Under the pieces are notes generated by a model. It saw only the letters and a list, made by a program, of their open reading frames with translations. It was not told the origin of the DNA and searched no databases. The position numbers were made by a program, and so were the translations under genes. From positions 29,824,001 to 29,888,000 of the forward strand of contig NW_024704743.1 of the NCBI RefSeq assembly GCF_018977255.1: a DNA stretch of 64,000 nucleotides. Direction: 5' to 3'. This document shows positions 12,416 through 27,001 of this stretch, piece after piece; the first letter of the stretch is position 1; each line of letters opens with the position of its first letter. The stretch is from Callorhinchus milii (taxonomy: Eukaryota).

Positions 12416-15400
12416 GTAGGTATTTTAACTTGTCAGTGTTGTCATTTTTTTTNGTCAGCCGGATGTCAGTGATATATATGGGAACCCATTGCCATGTTTA
12501 AGAGTATCCATACAGCACAATTGTGGCATGCAGCCTCACCTTTCTGTTCCCTTTTCAGGCAAAAAGATTAATAGCGAAAATGGAAGCGCATGGTGTCAGA
12601 GGTAACCTTGTGACATGGCTTGGTAATTGGATGGGAGATAGGAAACAAATTATTATAGGAAACAAAGAGTAAGGATAAAGGGAATGTTCTCTTGATTGGC
12701 GGGACTTTACAAGTGGTATCCCCCAGGGGTCTACTGGGACCCCAGCTATTCGCCATATATATAAATGACTTGGATGAAGGAATAGAAAGTTTTATATCTA
12801 AATTTGCAGACTGCACTAAACTAAGAGGCTCAGTAAGTTGTGTAGATAGGAGTAGGAAGTTACAAAGGGACTTAGACAGGTTAAGTGAGTGGGCAAAGCT
12901 GTGGCAGATGAAGTTCAATGTAGGGAAGTGCGAGGTCATCCACTATGGACCGAAAAAAGATGAAGCAGAATATTTTTTTAATGGGGAGAAATGAAGAACT
13001 GTGGAGGAGCAAAGAGATTTGGGTGTCCATATCCACAAATCACTAAAAACTAGTTCTGAGGTGCAAAAAGTAATCAAAAAGGCGAATGGAATGTTGGCTT
13101 TTATCTCAAAGGGCCTGAAATACAAAGGGGACGAAATGATGCTTCAGCTGTACAGAGCGTCAGTCAGACCTCATCTGGAGACTGCGTTCAGTTTTGGGCA
13201 CCACACCTCAGGAAAGATATATTGGCCCTGGAGGGGGTGCAGCACAGGTTCACCAGAATGTTACCAGGCCTAAAAGGGTTAAGTTATGAGGAAAGGCTGC
13301 GTAAACTTGGATTATATTTCCTTGAGTTTAGAAGGTTGAGGGGTGATTTGATTGAGGTGTTTAAGATGATAAAGGGATTTGATAGGGTAGATACAGAGAA
13401 GCTATTTCCTCTGGTGGGGGAATCCAAAACAAGGGGGCATAGTCTTAAAATTAGAACCAGGCCATTTAAGATTGAAACCAGGAAGCATTTTTTCCACTCA
13501 AAGGGTGGTAAGAAACCTTGAATTCTCTCCCCCAAAAGGCCATGAGCGCTGGATCCATCCACACCGTCAAGAGTGAGGTTGATAGATTTTTGGTAGGTCA
13601 GGGTATTAAGGGATATGGGGAGAAAGCGGGAAATTGGAATTGAAAGGATTAGTTGAGGTTCAGATCAGCCATAATCCAATTAAATGGCAGGACAGGCTCA
13701 AAGGACTGAATGGCCTCCTCCTGTTCCTATGACACATCTCATGGCTCATAATACTGAACTTGAAATGCCAGTAGGCCATGTGGCCTGTCTGCTTTCATCA
13801 CAGGGGATAATTCTTATTTTTGGTTCTTTCACCAGAAACTATACAGAGGTTTGTTTAAGTGATTAAGATACTCTATTACCAAGGGTTTAAGTTCTTCTTG
13901 AATTGTGCGTTGTTCTAGGACTCTGCAGAATATTCTTTGCTCCCAATTTATATTATTGGTAAACCTATGTGAACTTTAACCTGTGAGAGACATCCTTTTA
14001 TGTTGGGTGGCGTTCAATTATAGGCACTTCTGAAGAAATGTTCACAATTTACATAAACAGAGCGACTCTTATGACCTAGAACTGAGCTTTTTTGGGTAAA
14101 GTAGGAATCATAATTGAGAACTGAAGTTTGAAGAACTTGTCTCTGATCCCATGATGCAGAACCTGAGAAACCTCTGGCTTTCCGAATGAAAGCTGTTCAA
14201 GTGCAGAAAGAAGAATTTTTTGCAAACTTCTAAATTATTCTTTTTGATTGTGGGACACTCAACAACAACAACATACATTATATTTCAGGAATGTCTACAA
14301 ATATTAAAATGTGGCATCTGAAAATAATTCTGTTTTTACATTGCTAATGTTTTTAAGGGGGCAAACCTATCTCTGGAAACAACTAGTGTGTAATACTCGA
14401 GATATCTGATTCCAAATCTGACTTCAGTCAAATCACCACCAACAATCTTGACTTGATAATGAGAAGGCCTAGATAGTGAATAGGCCTAGTGATATCCCGT
14501 GCCTGCCCTGAAGAACCTTGATATCATTGCACGAGTATTGCTATCTTCAGCTTTTTGGGGGATCTTCACTGCACCAAAAGCTATAGTAGAACTGCAGAAG
14601 AAGCTACGACAACAACTTGCATTTATAAAGCTGGAAGCAAAGTAATCTGAAGTGCACTTCTGAGGCTGAGCTCCATTTTCGTAGTGATTAATCCCCCTCT
14701 CTCCCCAATGATTTATTACATGTGCTTTATCCCATAAACTTACTTTAACCGATGTATAGAAGTTTCAGAACTAAAGAGGACTATTTAACGCTTTGTCTAT
14801 TCCATTTTACCTAATACTCAGTTTTTATCTTTTTCTAAAAAAAGTCATCCTTTTTTCCATTAATACCATTCTTCCTCATATCACTTCATGTTTTTGCTGC
14901 TTGTATTTAACCTATTCCCCCTTCAACAATGCTATTGATCCAGTCTTAATAGCCACTAATAGTAATCAATTCCAAAAAAAAGTCTTGACTGAAGGAATTC
15001 CTTCTACCCCCTCACCTAATTTATCTAACAATCCCCAAATAATGCTCCCTTGTCACCAATTCTCCTATTAAAAGAATATTCTCCTCTATCTATCCTGTTA
15101 TGCTCCTTCAATATTACTTGTATATCCCCTCATAATCTCCTCCAGTTGGAAAAGCCACAATTTTGCCAATCTCTCTTCAAACATATATTGTCTCATACCT
15201 GTTATCCTAGTGAATCTATACTACTTCCTCTTTATCAATGACATCTTCTGCAATGGGGAGCACAACACTGAATATAGTATTTCATCTGCAGTGTCCAATT
15301 CTCTGCTTTATATTCAATACTGTTTTTTATAAATCTCAACTCGATTTAAAAAAATCCCAGAATGCTATGGTTTTATAACTTACCTTGAGTTGTGAATATA

Positions 15401-18400
15401 CCATTGGCTGGTGTTTTGAAGACACATTTGTTAATTTAACACAGTTCAAATAATTGCCATGATCATTGTGTCTTGTTTTTCTTCAGATTCTCTTTTAATC
15501 CTTCTAACTTGTTTGATTCACTGTTTTCATCTCATAATAAGGGTGACTTAGTAATATTGGCGATATGAAGCATTCTTAACTTCTTTATTAGCTGCAGAGT
15601 TCTTTGATGCAAAAGTACAAATGCATAATAATCATCCTTGCATTTGATATATTGCCTTTCACTTCAGGAGGATGTCTCAATGGAGAGCTTCACAGGATTT
15701 GCTGTAGTGACTATGCATTCTGTAGGTGACTACAGCAGCCAAATTGCACAAGTAATGCTCCCTGTACATGAGTGCTGCTTGTACCTTGTACAGTGGATCA
15801 ACAATTTTCTGTCACATAAGGAATCTCATGATGGATAATCAAAAGTCCTTTGTATGCCGATGATAGCTGGGTGATGAATAGTGGAAGTGTTTGGGAGGTG
15901 AATACATTGCATTCTTGATTGACTGATTTTTCAGAAAAGTGTATGCCAGAGTGTCGATAATTTGATGGTCTGTTGTAGATGTATTCAAGTCACCATGAGT
16001 GTTAATGCCCAGGATTTTGTGTTTTGTTTCACACTAATTTCTAATTCATAAAACGGATGAGCATGATTGATCATAATACAGACAGATTAATTTATATTTA
16101 ATAATTCATCTCCCTCCCACCCCCACAAATGTGAAAAAAACCAGAAAATTATTTTGTAAAAACTGCATAGATAACACTCAAATATTTGTGCTGGAGTTTC
16201 TTCAAACAGTTAATGAATTTTAATGATTCCTATTTTTTTGCAGATACAGATTTTAGGAAGCAACCCACTTTGGATAAACTTCTGTTTTTAGTCCAAACAA
16301 ATTGTTGTTAATATTTGATGACCATCTTGAAATGTACAGTCTTAATTGTGAATATGCCAGGGCTGCAGATACATAAAAGAAATGTCTGCTTATAGATTCT
16401 TTTGATATTCTTTAAAAAACAGATAATGCAGTGTATGAGAATAATTGTCTCTGCAGAATCACCTTGAAACTAAAAATGAGGAACTTATTGCAGGGGAATA
16501 AGTGTTTTAGTATTTTCCAATAACACACCATCATCACGTATACCAATGAAAAAGCTGTTGATTTATTGGAACTGCCTTGGGAGTTTTTACAATTTGTACC
16601 ACTTTAGCAGATTTAAATACTGTACTCATGATGTCAGTCATGATTATTAAAATAGGAAACTTGGAAAAACTTGCAGGAGAATGTTTCTATCTAGTTGTAT
16701 TAATATGCTCAGCAAAGAATTGCTCACTATGCTTTGTTTATGTGCCTTCAATCTAGTGCCTTATCGTGTCTCCGAGACATCTCAAAATACTTCACGGGAT
16801 ATACTGTAAAGTGGAGTGACTGTATTTTGTGAGCGAAATACTCATGCTTATTGCTGCCTTGTACTTTTTGACAAACGGGTGCCACTCTATTACCAAACCA
16901 CTTTAGTTCAGATTTTCAGAATTTGTGCCCAAGTTATATAGTGCTGTGGTCAGGATGTGCCTGGACTACTACGCATAGTTATTGTCATCCCAACATAAGG
17001 AGGTGGCTCTGGCTCAAGAAGCAGTGTAGAGCAGATAATATGGATGCTTTCCAGTATTAGAGAAATTAATTATGAAAATTACTAAATAAGATCAGATTCT
17101 ATAGCCTAACAAAGTGAGCGTGTGTCTGCGTGTGTGGGGGTGGTAGTAATAGTGCAGTTAACGTGTGGAATGGATTACCAAGAAGGATGGTGGGTGGGAA
17201 ATTGCTTGATGCTGTAATACGAGGACAATAGGGTGGGCTTTCTTGAAGGAAAAGATCAAGTAGGTCATTGATAAGTCTTTGTGAGTCACTGAGCTGATGT
17301 CAGAAATAAGAGTGCATAAAGCAACTGCATTAAGTGGCATAAATTAGAGGTTAACCAATGTGATCTCCGGTAAACAGATCATCTCCACAGATCAGGATAG
17401 TTTATGGTCATAGATCCTTATTGGTAGGCAACAGAACTAAGAGACTGGAGAACTTAACTTTCATCTTTGAGTGGAGACTCGATGGTGTTTTTTCTGGGAT
17501 GACAATGTAAAGTGAAATCTCAAATGTATATTTAGGTAGCATTTAATACAGTGACAGAAAAGAGGAACTATTTTTCTTCCATTACCCCCTATTTAAGGAA
17601 ACTGCACTGCATCTTCTGGTGTCATATAAAAGCCCTAGTACTATAGAAGTCAGTGATCTGTTTTACTCTCTGTTTTAGTTCTTGCACATTATTATTTGTA
17701 TTATTTGATTCTATTGCAGGATTCCCAGGTAAAGATGATAATAATCCTTGCATTTGATATAGCACCTTAGCACGCGTTTGAGACATCTCAAAGTGCTTTA
17801 CAGAATATGCTGTAAAGAGAATTTAACTGTATTTTGTGGACAAATCAGATAATCCAAAATAAAACTTCTCTACATCATTTATGCAGACTTTAATTATCCT
17901 ATTTGATAACATCTGCAAATGAACCTAAATGCCATTATTTTGAAAAGACAGAGACTTGGAGCTGTTTGTCGGACATTGCTGTGCGCAAATTCCAAGTTTG
18001 CCTACAAAATAGTCATTGCACTATGCAGTAAATCGCTTGAGGGGCTTTGAGACATCACCAGACATGAACACACTGTTATCAAATGTGAAGATTATTGTTG
18101 AGATTCTGCTGGCCTGGGGTTTATGTCCAGATGTAAAACACAAAAACATATCTCAAATGTTTCACGCCTTAGCAACATACGAGTTGATCTTGTCTACTTT
18201 TCTCCTAACAAATTCTTGATTAGATTTGAATTTTTTTTAAAGCACTTTTAAATGCAAGCTGTTGTTTTCATTTTGCCCATTAACTGAAATTTGGTTCATT
18301 GAAGTTAAATTATACTTTTCTCAATTTAATATTTTGTGGCGAATATGTTCTGCTTCCGATCTTTATTCCTTTTGGAAATAATTTGACTGGAAACTCTCTC

Positions 18401-21400
18401 TGTCCATTCAGTTCTCTGTCATGCATTTATCATTCGAATGGCTTAATTGAATAACTTAATTGTTTCATTAGATTTTAACATCGACTCCATTAAACCAACA
18501 TGCCCTAAAGATTTTGTTAGTAATATAAGATCGCATTGAACTGTTAGCCTCAAATTATGTGCTAAACATTTAATTCAGGCCCAGTGCTCAGCAAAAGTGG
18601 AAGTTTCTTGTATAGAGAATGCTTTCTTTGCTCTGACTGTCTCCAAATTAATATTAAAAAACTGCAGCTCTATTGGATTAATCATTGAATTGAAAAATTA
18701 ATAAAGTGTTGAAATTTTGTTGTGGGCTTGAAATATCAACTGAGGTGTTTCCCATATGTTTGTAATATTCAATGCTATAGATTTGTGGAGACAAAATATT
18801 TCTTTAATATGGAAAGTTATTCAGTCCTATGGCTTCCAAGAATGCAGTATTGCCTTTTTTGATGCACTTTTCCTTTTTTTAAAAGAAGAAAAAGTCGGCA
18901 CTATTTGAAGTGGCTGAAGTGGTACCGGTTATGACGAATAACTATGAAGAAAATATTCTCAAAGGAGTACGGGAGTCAAGCTACTCCTTGGAAAGTTCCA
19001 TAGAGCTGCTGCAAAAGGATGTTGTGCAGCTTCATGCACCTCGCTATCAGTCCATGCGCAGGGTAAGTAGGATGGGGCTTTCTGTTTCACTAGCACAACA
19101 AACCCACAAGTGAGCAGCAATTCACCTTCATTTTAAATTGTCGCTTGAATAGCCATTTTTTGTAGCATGCAAGAAGTTAATACTAGTTTTCTAACATTTT
19201 TTTTCATTGTTTGTGAAACTGCTGGAAGGTTCAGGGAAATGACGGCCTCCATGTGCACTAAAACAAATGGTAATATTACAGATTAAGCAAAATGTGAACG
19301 GTGTATTTACTGTAATTAATAGAGTATAAAAATCAACCCTTAATATTTAAAATGTTAACCAATCTTCAAATTTAAAATGGGCCATGAATTACTACCTTCC
19401 ACCACCTCCGCGACTTCGTTTTGCTCTGCCACTACCACTCCCCTCAGTTTACCAGGAAGTCGAGGCTTATCCAAAATCTTAAAATATTCTGAACTGCAGA
19501 TAAATTTTGTTTTGACAAAGCTAAATAACTTACTAATTCTCTCTTTAATGCCTTGTGAGAATGTTTGAAAATATTTTCCATTTCTCTTAGGATGTAATTG
19601 GCTGTACACAGGAGATGGACTTTATCCTTTGGCCACGAAATGATATAGAGAAGATGGTCTGTCTCCTGTTCTCCAGGTGGAAGGGAACAGATGATGAGCC
19701 TTTCAGGCCTGTTCAGGTACTGTTTTTAACAATAGGCTGAAATAAATTTAAAATGGTTTTTTTATTAATATTTTACAAGGTCCTCTGCTTACTTAGGTGA
19801 ACTTTAAGTATGCTGTGGCACTACTCAAAAAGAGAAGGGAGCTTCTCCCAGTGTCCTGTCCAATAATTCCCAAAATAAAATTCCATAGATGTTTGTGCGA
19901 CATTGGCTGCTACAAATACAGTCACTCCACTTCATAGTAAATTCTGTGAAGCACTTTGAGGTGGCCTCCCAATGTGAAAGGTGACATACCAAATGCAAAG
20001 AATAATATTTATTTTGAATTCTTAATTTAATAAGTTTTGTATGAATTTGTTTATATTGATCCAAGACAGCTTAAGGTATATTTTCAGAATCAGTAACAAA
20101 AAAGTTTATACAGCAACAAAACAACAGCAACAAAATGACACTTGTATAGTGCCTTTCAAGTCAGGAGGACGCCTCAAGGCGCTGGACAGACAGTTACGGA
20201 TCCGAGCTGAGGGTCGGGGTGGGGGAGGGGATAGGGCAGGGAGAGAAGCAGGGAGATCGAAAGCTCGGTCGAAGAGGAGGATCTTGAGGTCGCGAGGGAG
20301 GGGGTGAGGCGGAGGGACTGCGGGATGCAGTTCCAGAGGGTGGGTGCAGGGTGACGGAAGGCCCGCCCGTCAATAGTGGGACGAGCAAGACTGGGGACGT
20401 GAAGCAGGTCAGAGCCCGCAGAGCAGAGGGAGCGAACAGCGTGGTAGGGGTTTAAGGAGGTCGGAGAGGTAGGGGGGAGCAAGACCGTGGAGGGCTTTGA
20501 AGGTGAGGACCAGGATCTTGAACTGTATCCTCTGTGTGATGGGAAGCCAGTGGAGTTGGGCAAGGATAGGGGTGATAGGGTCGCGGAGCCTAGTCCGGGA
20601 GAGGACATGGGCTGCAGAGTTCTGAATGATCTGCAGCCTGTGGAGGGAGGAGTTGGGGAGGCCGACAAGCAGTGAGTTTGCATAGTCGAGCCTCGACATA
20701 ATGAAAGCATGTATGAGGGCTTCAGCAGCCTGCGGTGTGAGACAGTGTCGGAGCCAGGTGACATTGCGGAAGTGGGGGAAGGTAGAGCGGGTCATGGCCA
20801 GATGTGGGGTAGAAAGGATGGTTGAGGATCAAACAAGACCCCAAGGCTCTGAACTGGCTTAGCAAGGTGGAGTGTGCAACCATGGATGGTGATGTTAGTG
20901 CCTGAGGTGAGGAGGTGCTGATGGGAGCCAATCAGGAGAGCCTCAGTCTTGTTGATGTACAACTGAAGAAAGTTGGCTCTCATCCAGGACTTGATTCTGA
21001 CAGACATTCTGTCAGGACAGCGGTGGTCCTGGAGTCAAGGGTGGAGGCAGAGAGTTAGAGTTGGATGTCATCCGCACAGATGTGGAAGTTGATCCCATGT
21101 CTGCGGATGATGTCACCAAGAGGGGGTATATAGATATTGAAGAGGAGGGAACTAAGGACAGAGCCCTGAGGAACGCCGCACACGACGGTCCGGGGCCTAA
21201 AGGAGGAGCCGTTTGAGGAGATATAGAAGATTAAGCTGATGAAATGTTTTTTGGTTGCTGGGTATCATTTTTTTTTGGTAGCTTGAGTTATATGGGTTGA
21301 CTCTCAATTAGAACCTGTGTTTGAACTAAGTGGGTAACTGTTTTCAGGTCCTTATTAATTCATGTTTTTTTCAAAGTAGTTTTTTTTGTTCTTGTGCACA

Positions 21401-22895
21401 GGCCAAGTTTGAGTTTCATCATGGTGATTATGAAAAACAGTTTCTGCAGTTACTGAGCCGGAAGGATAAGGCAGGACTCATCATAAACAACCCGAGCCAG
21501 TCCATGTTTCTGTTCATTGATCGTCAGCACTTGCAGGTGAGTGCAGAAGAGATAAATATTACTGCTTCCTGTCTCACTCCCTCCCTATGATCATGCTGTG
21601 TAGCCTCCCAGAGCTTTTAAGATCCTGCTGTCTCCGCTGCTTTAAAGGTTCTTGCTGCCAAACACACAAGCCTTAAATCTAGCCATGATTCATACTAAAG
21701 CTTTTCGCTTGACCCCATTCCCATCTCTATCTGACCACCCAGCTTCAGCTTCTTGCCCCCTTACTAGCAGACTTTGTACACCTTTCCTTCTTCGATTGTG
21801 CAGTTCTCATCTGCAAAACTGTTATCACCTTCCTCAGGAAACCCTCTCTTCACCCTGCCATAGCTCTGCAATTGCTGACCTGGCTGTAATCTGTTTTTCC
21901 TTTCTAGTGTTCCGGAACGAGTCATTGCTTCCCAGCTTTGCTCTTTCCTAGCACTCCATGCATGAACCCCTCCAATCTATCTTTCACCCAGTTCATTGTA
22001 CCAAGACTGCCCTTGGGTCAAAATCGTAAATGATAGTCTCTTGATCTGTGACCAGGGCTCTCTGCATCCTTGTTCTCCTTAATGACTCTGCTGCCTTCCA
22101 TTCTGTTCTTCCCATTGCCTAGTTTCACCTATCCCAGCATCTTCACTTTCTCTTCAAATGGCTTCTCTAATTTTAAATCTATAATTTTACTAGAAACTAT
22201 TGCAGTACATATTCCCCCATTAATTAAGCTCAACTATTAAATTCAGAGAAAAAAACAATTACAACATTTCAGCATCCATATGCACCCCTAAACGGGCTGT
22301 TGGAATATAGTAGTATTTGGAGCAACAGCCCTGAAATGGTACTGAACTTTGTTGGCTCAGTTATTTGACAATCCCAATCTGTGTTGAGTTGTATGCAACC
22401 AGCTTGCTGACTGCACCTGTAGTTAATATAAATTGAGCTTTCTGATAGGCAGACACAAAATGGCAGTTCTCCATGGGATTGCAAAATAAGCAGCCAGATT
22501 TTTCTTACAAATTAGAAGGCGTAAGCTGTTTTTTTGATAATTAGATTAACAAAGGAGATAAAAGTATGTTGAAAGTATGCCTCCTTACACTTCCTTTGAC
22601 CATCTATTGATCAGTGTATCAGGTGAGTGCTCATTATAAGACTCATCACAGTTATTGCATTTGAACTTCTAACTTTTGCTGGTATGGTTCGGGAGTGCCA
22701 TAATCTCTGCCTTAATTTGAATCTAAGTATCCTAAAAAAAGTAAAGTACTTTTTTTTTTCCTTTCTCAGACTCCAAAAACGAAGGCGGTAATTTTCAAAT
22801 TGTGCAGTGTCTGCCTTTACCTGCCACAGGATCAGCTCACCCGGTGGGGAGTTGGAACCATTGAGGATCACCTCCATCCCTACATGCCAGATTAG
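12287..22895 (+). CDS. C6orf62: C6orf62 orthologue (uncharacterised conserved protein); 5 coding exons, 230 aa
   Basis: Exons 12287-12415, 18886-19062, 19591-19716, 21402-21536 and 22770-22895, all phase 0 with GT-AG boundaries. [40 protein letters not shown]...[10 protein letters not shown] matches the recalled human protein closely. Confidence 0.96.
12566..13731 (+). mobile_element. CR1-clade LINE, 5'-truncated, degenerate RT plus 3' end
   Basis: [31 protein letters not shown]...[10 protein letters not shown]...[12 protein letters not shown] with frameshifts; the second catalytic Asp is lost; 3' end GAATGGCCTCCTCCTGTTCCTAT. Confidence 0.93.
14750..15370 (-). mobile_element. Highly degraded CR1 3' fragment
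   Basis: Residual similarity to the reverse complement of 13000-13700. Confidence 0.5.
18886..19062 (+). CDS. C6orf62: C6orf62 coding exon 2 ([12 protein letters not shown]...PRYQSMRR)
   Basis: aag|...|gtaagt. Confidence 0.95.
19591..19716 (+). CDS. C6orf62: C6orf62 coding exon 3 ([18 protein letters not shown]...PFRPVQ)
   Basis: tag|...|gtactg. Confidence 0.95.
20111..21222 (-). mobile_element. L2-clade LINE 3' fragment
   Basis: [41 protein letters not shown]; (TTG)-type tail. Confidence 0.92.
21402..21536 (+). CDS. C6orf62: C6orf62 coding exon 4 ([14 protein letters not shown]...IDRQHLQ)
   Basis: cag|...|gtgagt. Confidence 0.95.
21640..22170 (+). mobile_element. Degraded L2 RT fragment
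   Basis: Similar to 56130-56500. Confidence 0.55.
22770..22895 (+). CDS. C6orf62: C6orf62 coding exon 5 ([12 protein letters not shown]...HPYMPD*)
   Basis: Acceptor cag; TAG at 22893-22895; downstream AATAAA at 23866 and near 24189. Confidence 0.95.
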   Translation, partial: TPKTKAVIFKLCSVCLYLPQDQLTRWGVGTIEDHLHPYMPD

Positions 22896-25379
22896 AGCAG
22901 TAGCCAGCAGAATAGGGAAGACAATAGGATCAACAACAGTGAATTCACATTTCATCTTTATTTCTGGGTTGAAGACTATTATCCACTCATTGAAAGAACA
23001 GTCTGTTACCAATATATTCATCTTGAAGCTTAGGTTTTTCTTAAGTCTTGCATCTCTCAGAACTTTATTTTTAAATGTTATTGCCTGGCGCGGTCACTAT
23101 GTTCAATAGGCTGCCTTGTGGTTAACCTGCATTGTATCAGTTCATTTGGAAAATAAGGTGAAATTTGAAAGGAATTTTTACACACTGATGCAAATATACC
23201 TGAAATGTACATAGAAGTCTTCACATTTGTGCTGGTTATGTGCCCTGACAATTAAGTTAGATGTTGAGGTGTAATGCACATTAGGGTGAGAAGTGCATGC
23301 AACTGGGATTTCAGCATCAAAAGATACAACGTATGGATGGATGTGTTGTGCAGATGAAGGGTTTTAAAACTGAATAGTACGAACATTATGTTCCTGTCAG
23401 ATAAATTTGTATTGGGCACATTCTGGTCATCATTTTGTAATAGTGACAATGAGCAGCTGAAATGAGGGAAATTAATCTTGAAGTACTCATTTAAAAAATC
23501 TCTTAAATAATGTAGGCCCTGTAACCTTGTTTGGGCTACATTTGAGTTTGCTGGCATGTTCTTTTTGGATGTCGTTCCCCGAGTTGCTACATAAATGTAC
23601 TAAGGAGTTTTCCTTCTATTCTAGAGGAAATTGAGCAGGTTAATAATAGGCAGACTCTGCAAATAGCAGAACTGGAGTCTCAAGTAGCTAAAGGAGCTAC
23701 AAAATTAAAATCCAATGTTACTGGAATCTTAAGAAAATCAACCTTCCTATAGCAGCTTATTTAACTAAGAAAGTGAGCTTGGTACTATAGGATGAAAGTA
23801 GAAAGTGTAACCGTTATCAATGGCGCAAAATATGCTGGTTTGTGATAACGCAACTGTTTAAAGTTAATAAAACGACTAATGGAAAGTTACCAGTACTTTG
23901 TGTACAAGAAAGGAATATGTACCTAATATTACTTTAAAAAAAATCTTTGGAGTGTTTCGATTGGGTTATTAGGGGGATTGTTTGTAAGACTTGATTTTGA
24001 GCTCGTGCAATTAATGTGAGGCAGGCTGCAAAAATTAATCATTCAAGAGGAAAAAGTTTTTCTGTGAAGTTGGAACAGAGCTTTTTGGGGTTATTTATGC
24101 ATGCCTGCCACTTCAGATAAGAACAGCGCAAATCAGTAGCAAATTTGTATTCGCCTTCTGTTGGAATTGGAAAAATGTCTGAAAATTAAATAAATCTTTA
24201 ATCCGTATTTAAAATTGTCTATGAACTGTTCTTCAAAAAAAATGTCTGTCAGCATGTGTTATTGTGTAGCTGTTAAGTGAAAGCACCATGAAAAAGAAAA
24301 TCTTAACAGCACTAATGAGGATAACGGATGAAACACTTGGTACAAAATTGCAGTATTCCTATATCCATCCAAGATCAAGGCTCAGCATTTTCAACTGACT
24401 TTGAGGGCTGCCTTTTCTTTGGACGTTGGGTGGGGGGAGAGGTGGGGGTTAAAAATCCATTTTAATGAGCCTGACACAAGGAACCAACGTGTTTAAAGCA
24501 AACTTGTTTTTTGCTGCTTAAAAAAAAAGTTATAGAGCAACTTATTACTTTTCACTTTCAAAATTCAACTTCTGTTTCCTCTTTGCAATCCATTATTCAA
24601 AGTCGGTCACAGTCGCTTTTATTATGAGCTCATTGCAATTCAGAGGAACAGGTTCAGACTCTTTAGGCAAGACTTGCTGATGATTTTAGTCATAGTAACT
24701 AAAACATTCCCCAATCCTGACGATACTGAACATTTTCATCTAGTTTTCAAGTATTGTGGTAGCTGAAACCCTGTAAAGTAATGCTGATGTACATCTTTTA
24801 ATTTCCAGTGTGAAGTTACTACCTGTTACAAAAAAAATCAAGTATCTAAGTTGATTCTTTAAGCAGACTTCCTCTCTGGAAAGATGGATATTAATGGACT
24901 GACCATTTGCTTTACTTACAGCCTTCTAATACTGAGGTTAAACTGCCTGAAAACAGAAGATGACTAATATTTGTCAGAAGAGATCCTCCTAGCGATCTTA
25001 ATTTTTTTATATAAAGCCTTTCATAGCGGAAGGCTGCCTCAAAGGGCTTCACAGGATTTATTGTAAGGTAGAGTGACTCTTTAATTTGTAGGAGAACGCC
25101 TATAAAATTATTTTGTAATGCATCTGCGTTGCATGTTATTTTTTCTCAAACAAGCCATGTTGGCTTAGGTTATTTTTTGCTGCAGGCCCTTCCCCAGAAG
25201 GAAATGAGGTTGAGGGCCCACTCAGCTCCGTGCAAGCCAAAGCAGTGTGGTCAAGCTGGACAAGCAGCGGGAAGCTTGCCAAACGGTCCTCATTAGAGAG
25301 CTACCGAAATCCTGGATTAACATTAAGCCAAAATGCAACAAATTGCTAAATTATGGATGTTCTAAAATGCTACACAAGT

Positions 25380-25780
25380 AATAATAATCCTTGCATTTGA
25401 TTTAGCGCCTTTCACATCATGATGTCTCAAAGCGTTTCATGGGATATACAATAAAGTGCATTGACTGTATTTTGTGAGCGAAATGCAGCAGCCAGTTGCA
25501 GGGAGCATTGTCCCACCAACAGCATTCGAAAGAGTGACCATTTTTATTGAGGAATTGTTGGCCAGGACACCGGGAGTAACTCCATTCTCTGCCAGTAGTG
25601 CCTTGGGATCTTTAACGTCCACCTGAACAGGCAGATGGGATTTGGGTTTTAACATCACACTCCCAGTGGTGCATTGGAATGTCATCTTAGACTATATGAG
25701 TTCCAATTCCTGACATGGGGTTTGAACCCCCAACCTTCTGACTCAGAGCTGCGAGTGCTACCACTATGCCAGGGCTGGTG
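25380..25780 (-). mobile_element. Older Deu-domain SINE, near full length
   Basis: tRNA-like head, Deu-type core (...AAAGATCCCAAGGCACTA...GGTGTCCTGGCCAA...), L2-type tail with (TTA)n. Confidence 0.8.
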
Positions 25781-25789
25781 TAAATCTAG

Positions 25790-26045
25790 AGCTGGGTGGA
25801 ATCACTGATCAGAAAGGCACAGGTTTGACTCCCAACTTCTTGTGTTAGTTGATCTCACCTGGAATAGTAGTTGGGGCACTAATGGTGGCTGGGACCTCCT
25901 TACGAGGAAAATCAGTTAATTCTACTCCTGATTACTATATGGTGACCCCTGCAAATTGTGTGTATGGATGTTGACGAGAATATCAGTTTAGCTGTGGTGT
26001 TTTATACAATTCAATAGCCTGAATTATCGATTTCAAGACACTCAT
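25790..26045 (+). mobile_element. Ancient SINE fragment (resembles AmnSINE2-type sequence from memory)
   Basis: Related pieces at 31640-31810(-), 40240-40320(+), 41010-41090(+) and 49390-49525(+). Confidence 0.5.
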
Positions 26046-27001
26046 TTTCAAATTCCTTCAATACCCTGGCACCTCTCTACCTCTCCGACCTGCTTACTCC
26101 CCAACCCACTACCAATTACTTCTGCTCGAATGCCTCCAGCCTCCTGCTTGTCCCTCATGCCATCTGTTCCACCATTAGTGTCTGCGCTTTCAGCCACTGT
26201 GCCCTGAAACTCTGGAGCATTCTCCCTCAATCCCTCCACCTTGCCCCCTCCTTCCTCCTTTTTTTGCCACAAATGGTACCTTATTAAAATACACTTTGGG
26301 GCTTGTACTCTGATTGCATTTATCCAAAAAGCAACTGGATAAGTATCTGCTTATAATCGGGATTAGCAGACATGCAGAGGGTCATCAGAATATGAATGCT
26401 TTGCACAAGTAGCTGTTGAAACCAACTTGATCAAACCAATATTTAAAAGGGAATTGGATATGACAAAAACAATTTGCATTTACAAAGCGTGCTTCGCGTA
26501 GGAAAACATCTCGGAACACTTAATGATGGGGTTGAACATCGAGCAAAGGGAAAGAGGGAAATGACCAGGTGCACAAGTTTTTAAGTAGATGGACAGAGGC
26601 AAGAGGCTAGAGGCAGGTGTTCCAGATTATATGTGTTGCAACTGGATAAACAACAACTTACATTTATATAGCGCCCTTCACACAGGGTAGAGTTCTCGGA
26701 TCGCTTAACAGTGGTGGAGCCTGATGCCAAGCCACTGGAAGGGAGGAGGTGAAAAATACTTGAAGAGGAAGATTATTTAGGAAAGTCAGCAGGGAACTGG
26801 GATTAGAATGATAGGCTCTAGTGGTTGAGCTGGCTGCTGGGCTTCCCATTATTTCTATCCGGTCTGCGAAATGGGAATCAATTGTATTTAAAGTACAATC
26901 AATGTAAACTTTAAAATGAAACCTTGAAGTACATTTTTAATAAGGCATGTTGAATGCATTCAAAACATGACAGTAAAGGTTTTCTGTTGTTCACAAGTTT
27001 T

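Noticed and set aside
12692..13521. Active reverse transcriptase gene
   Set aside because: Frameshifted, 5'-truncated CR1 with FADC in place of the catalytic FADD.
12046..18500. Shared word CCATTAAACCA at about 12049 and 18487
   Set aside because: A short AT-rich match is plausible by chance; no supporting context.
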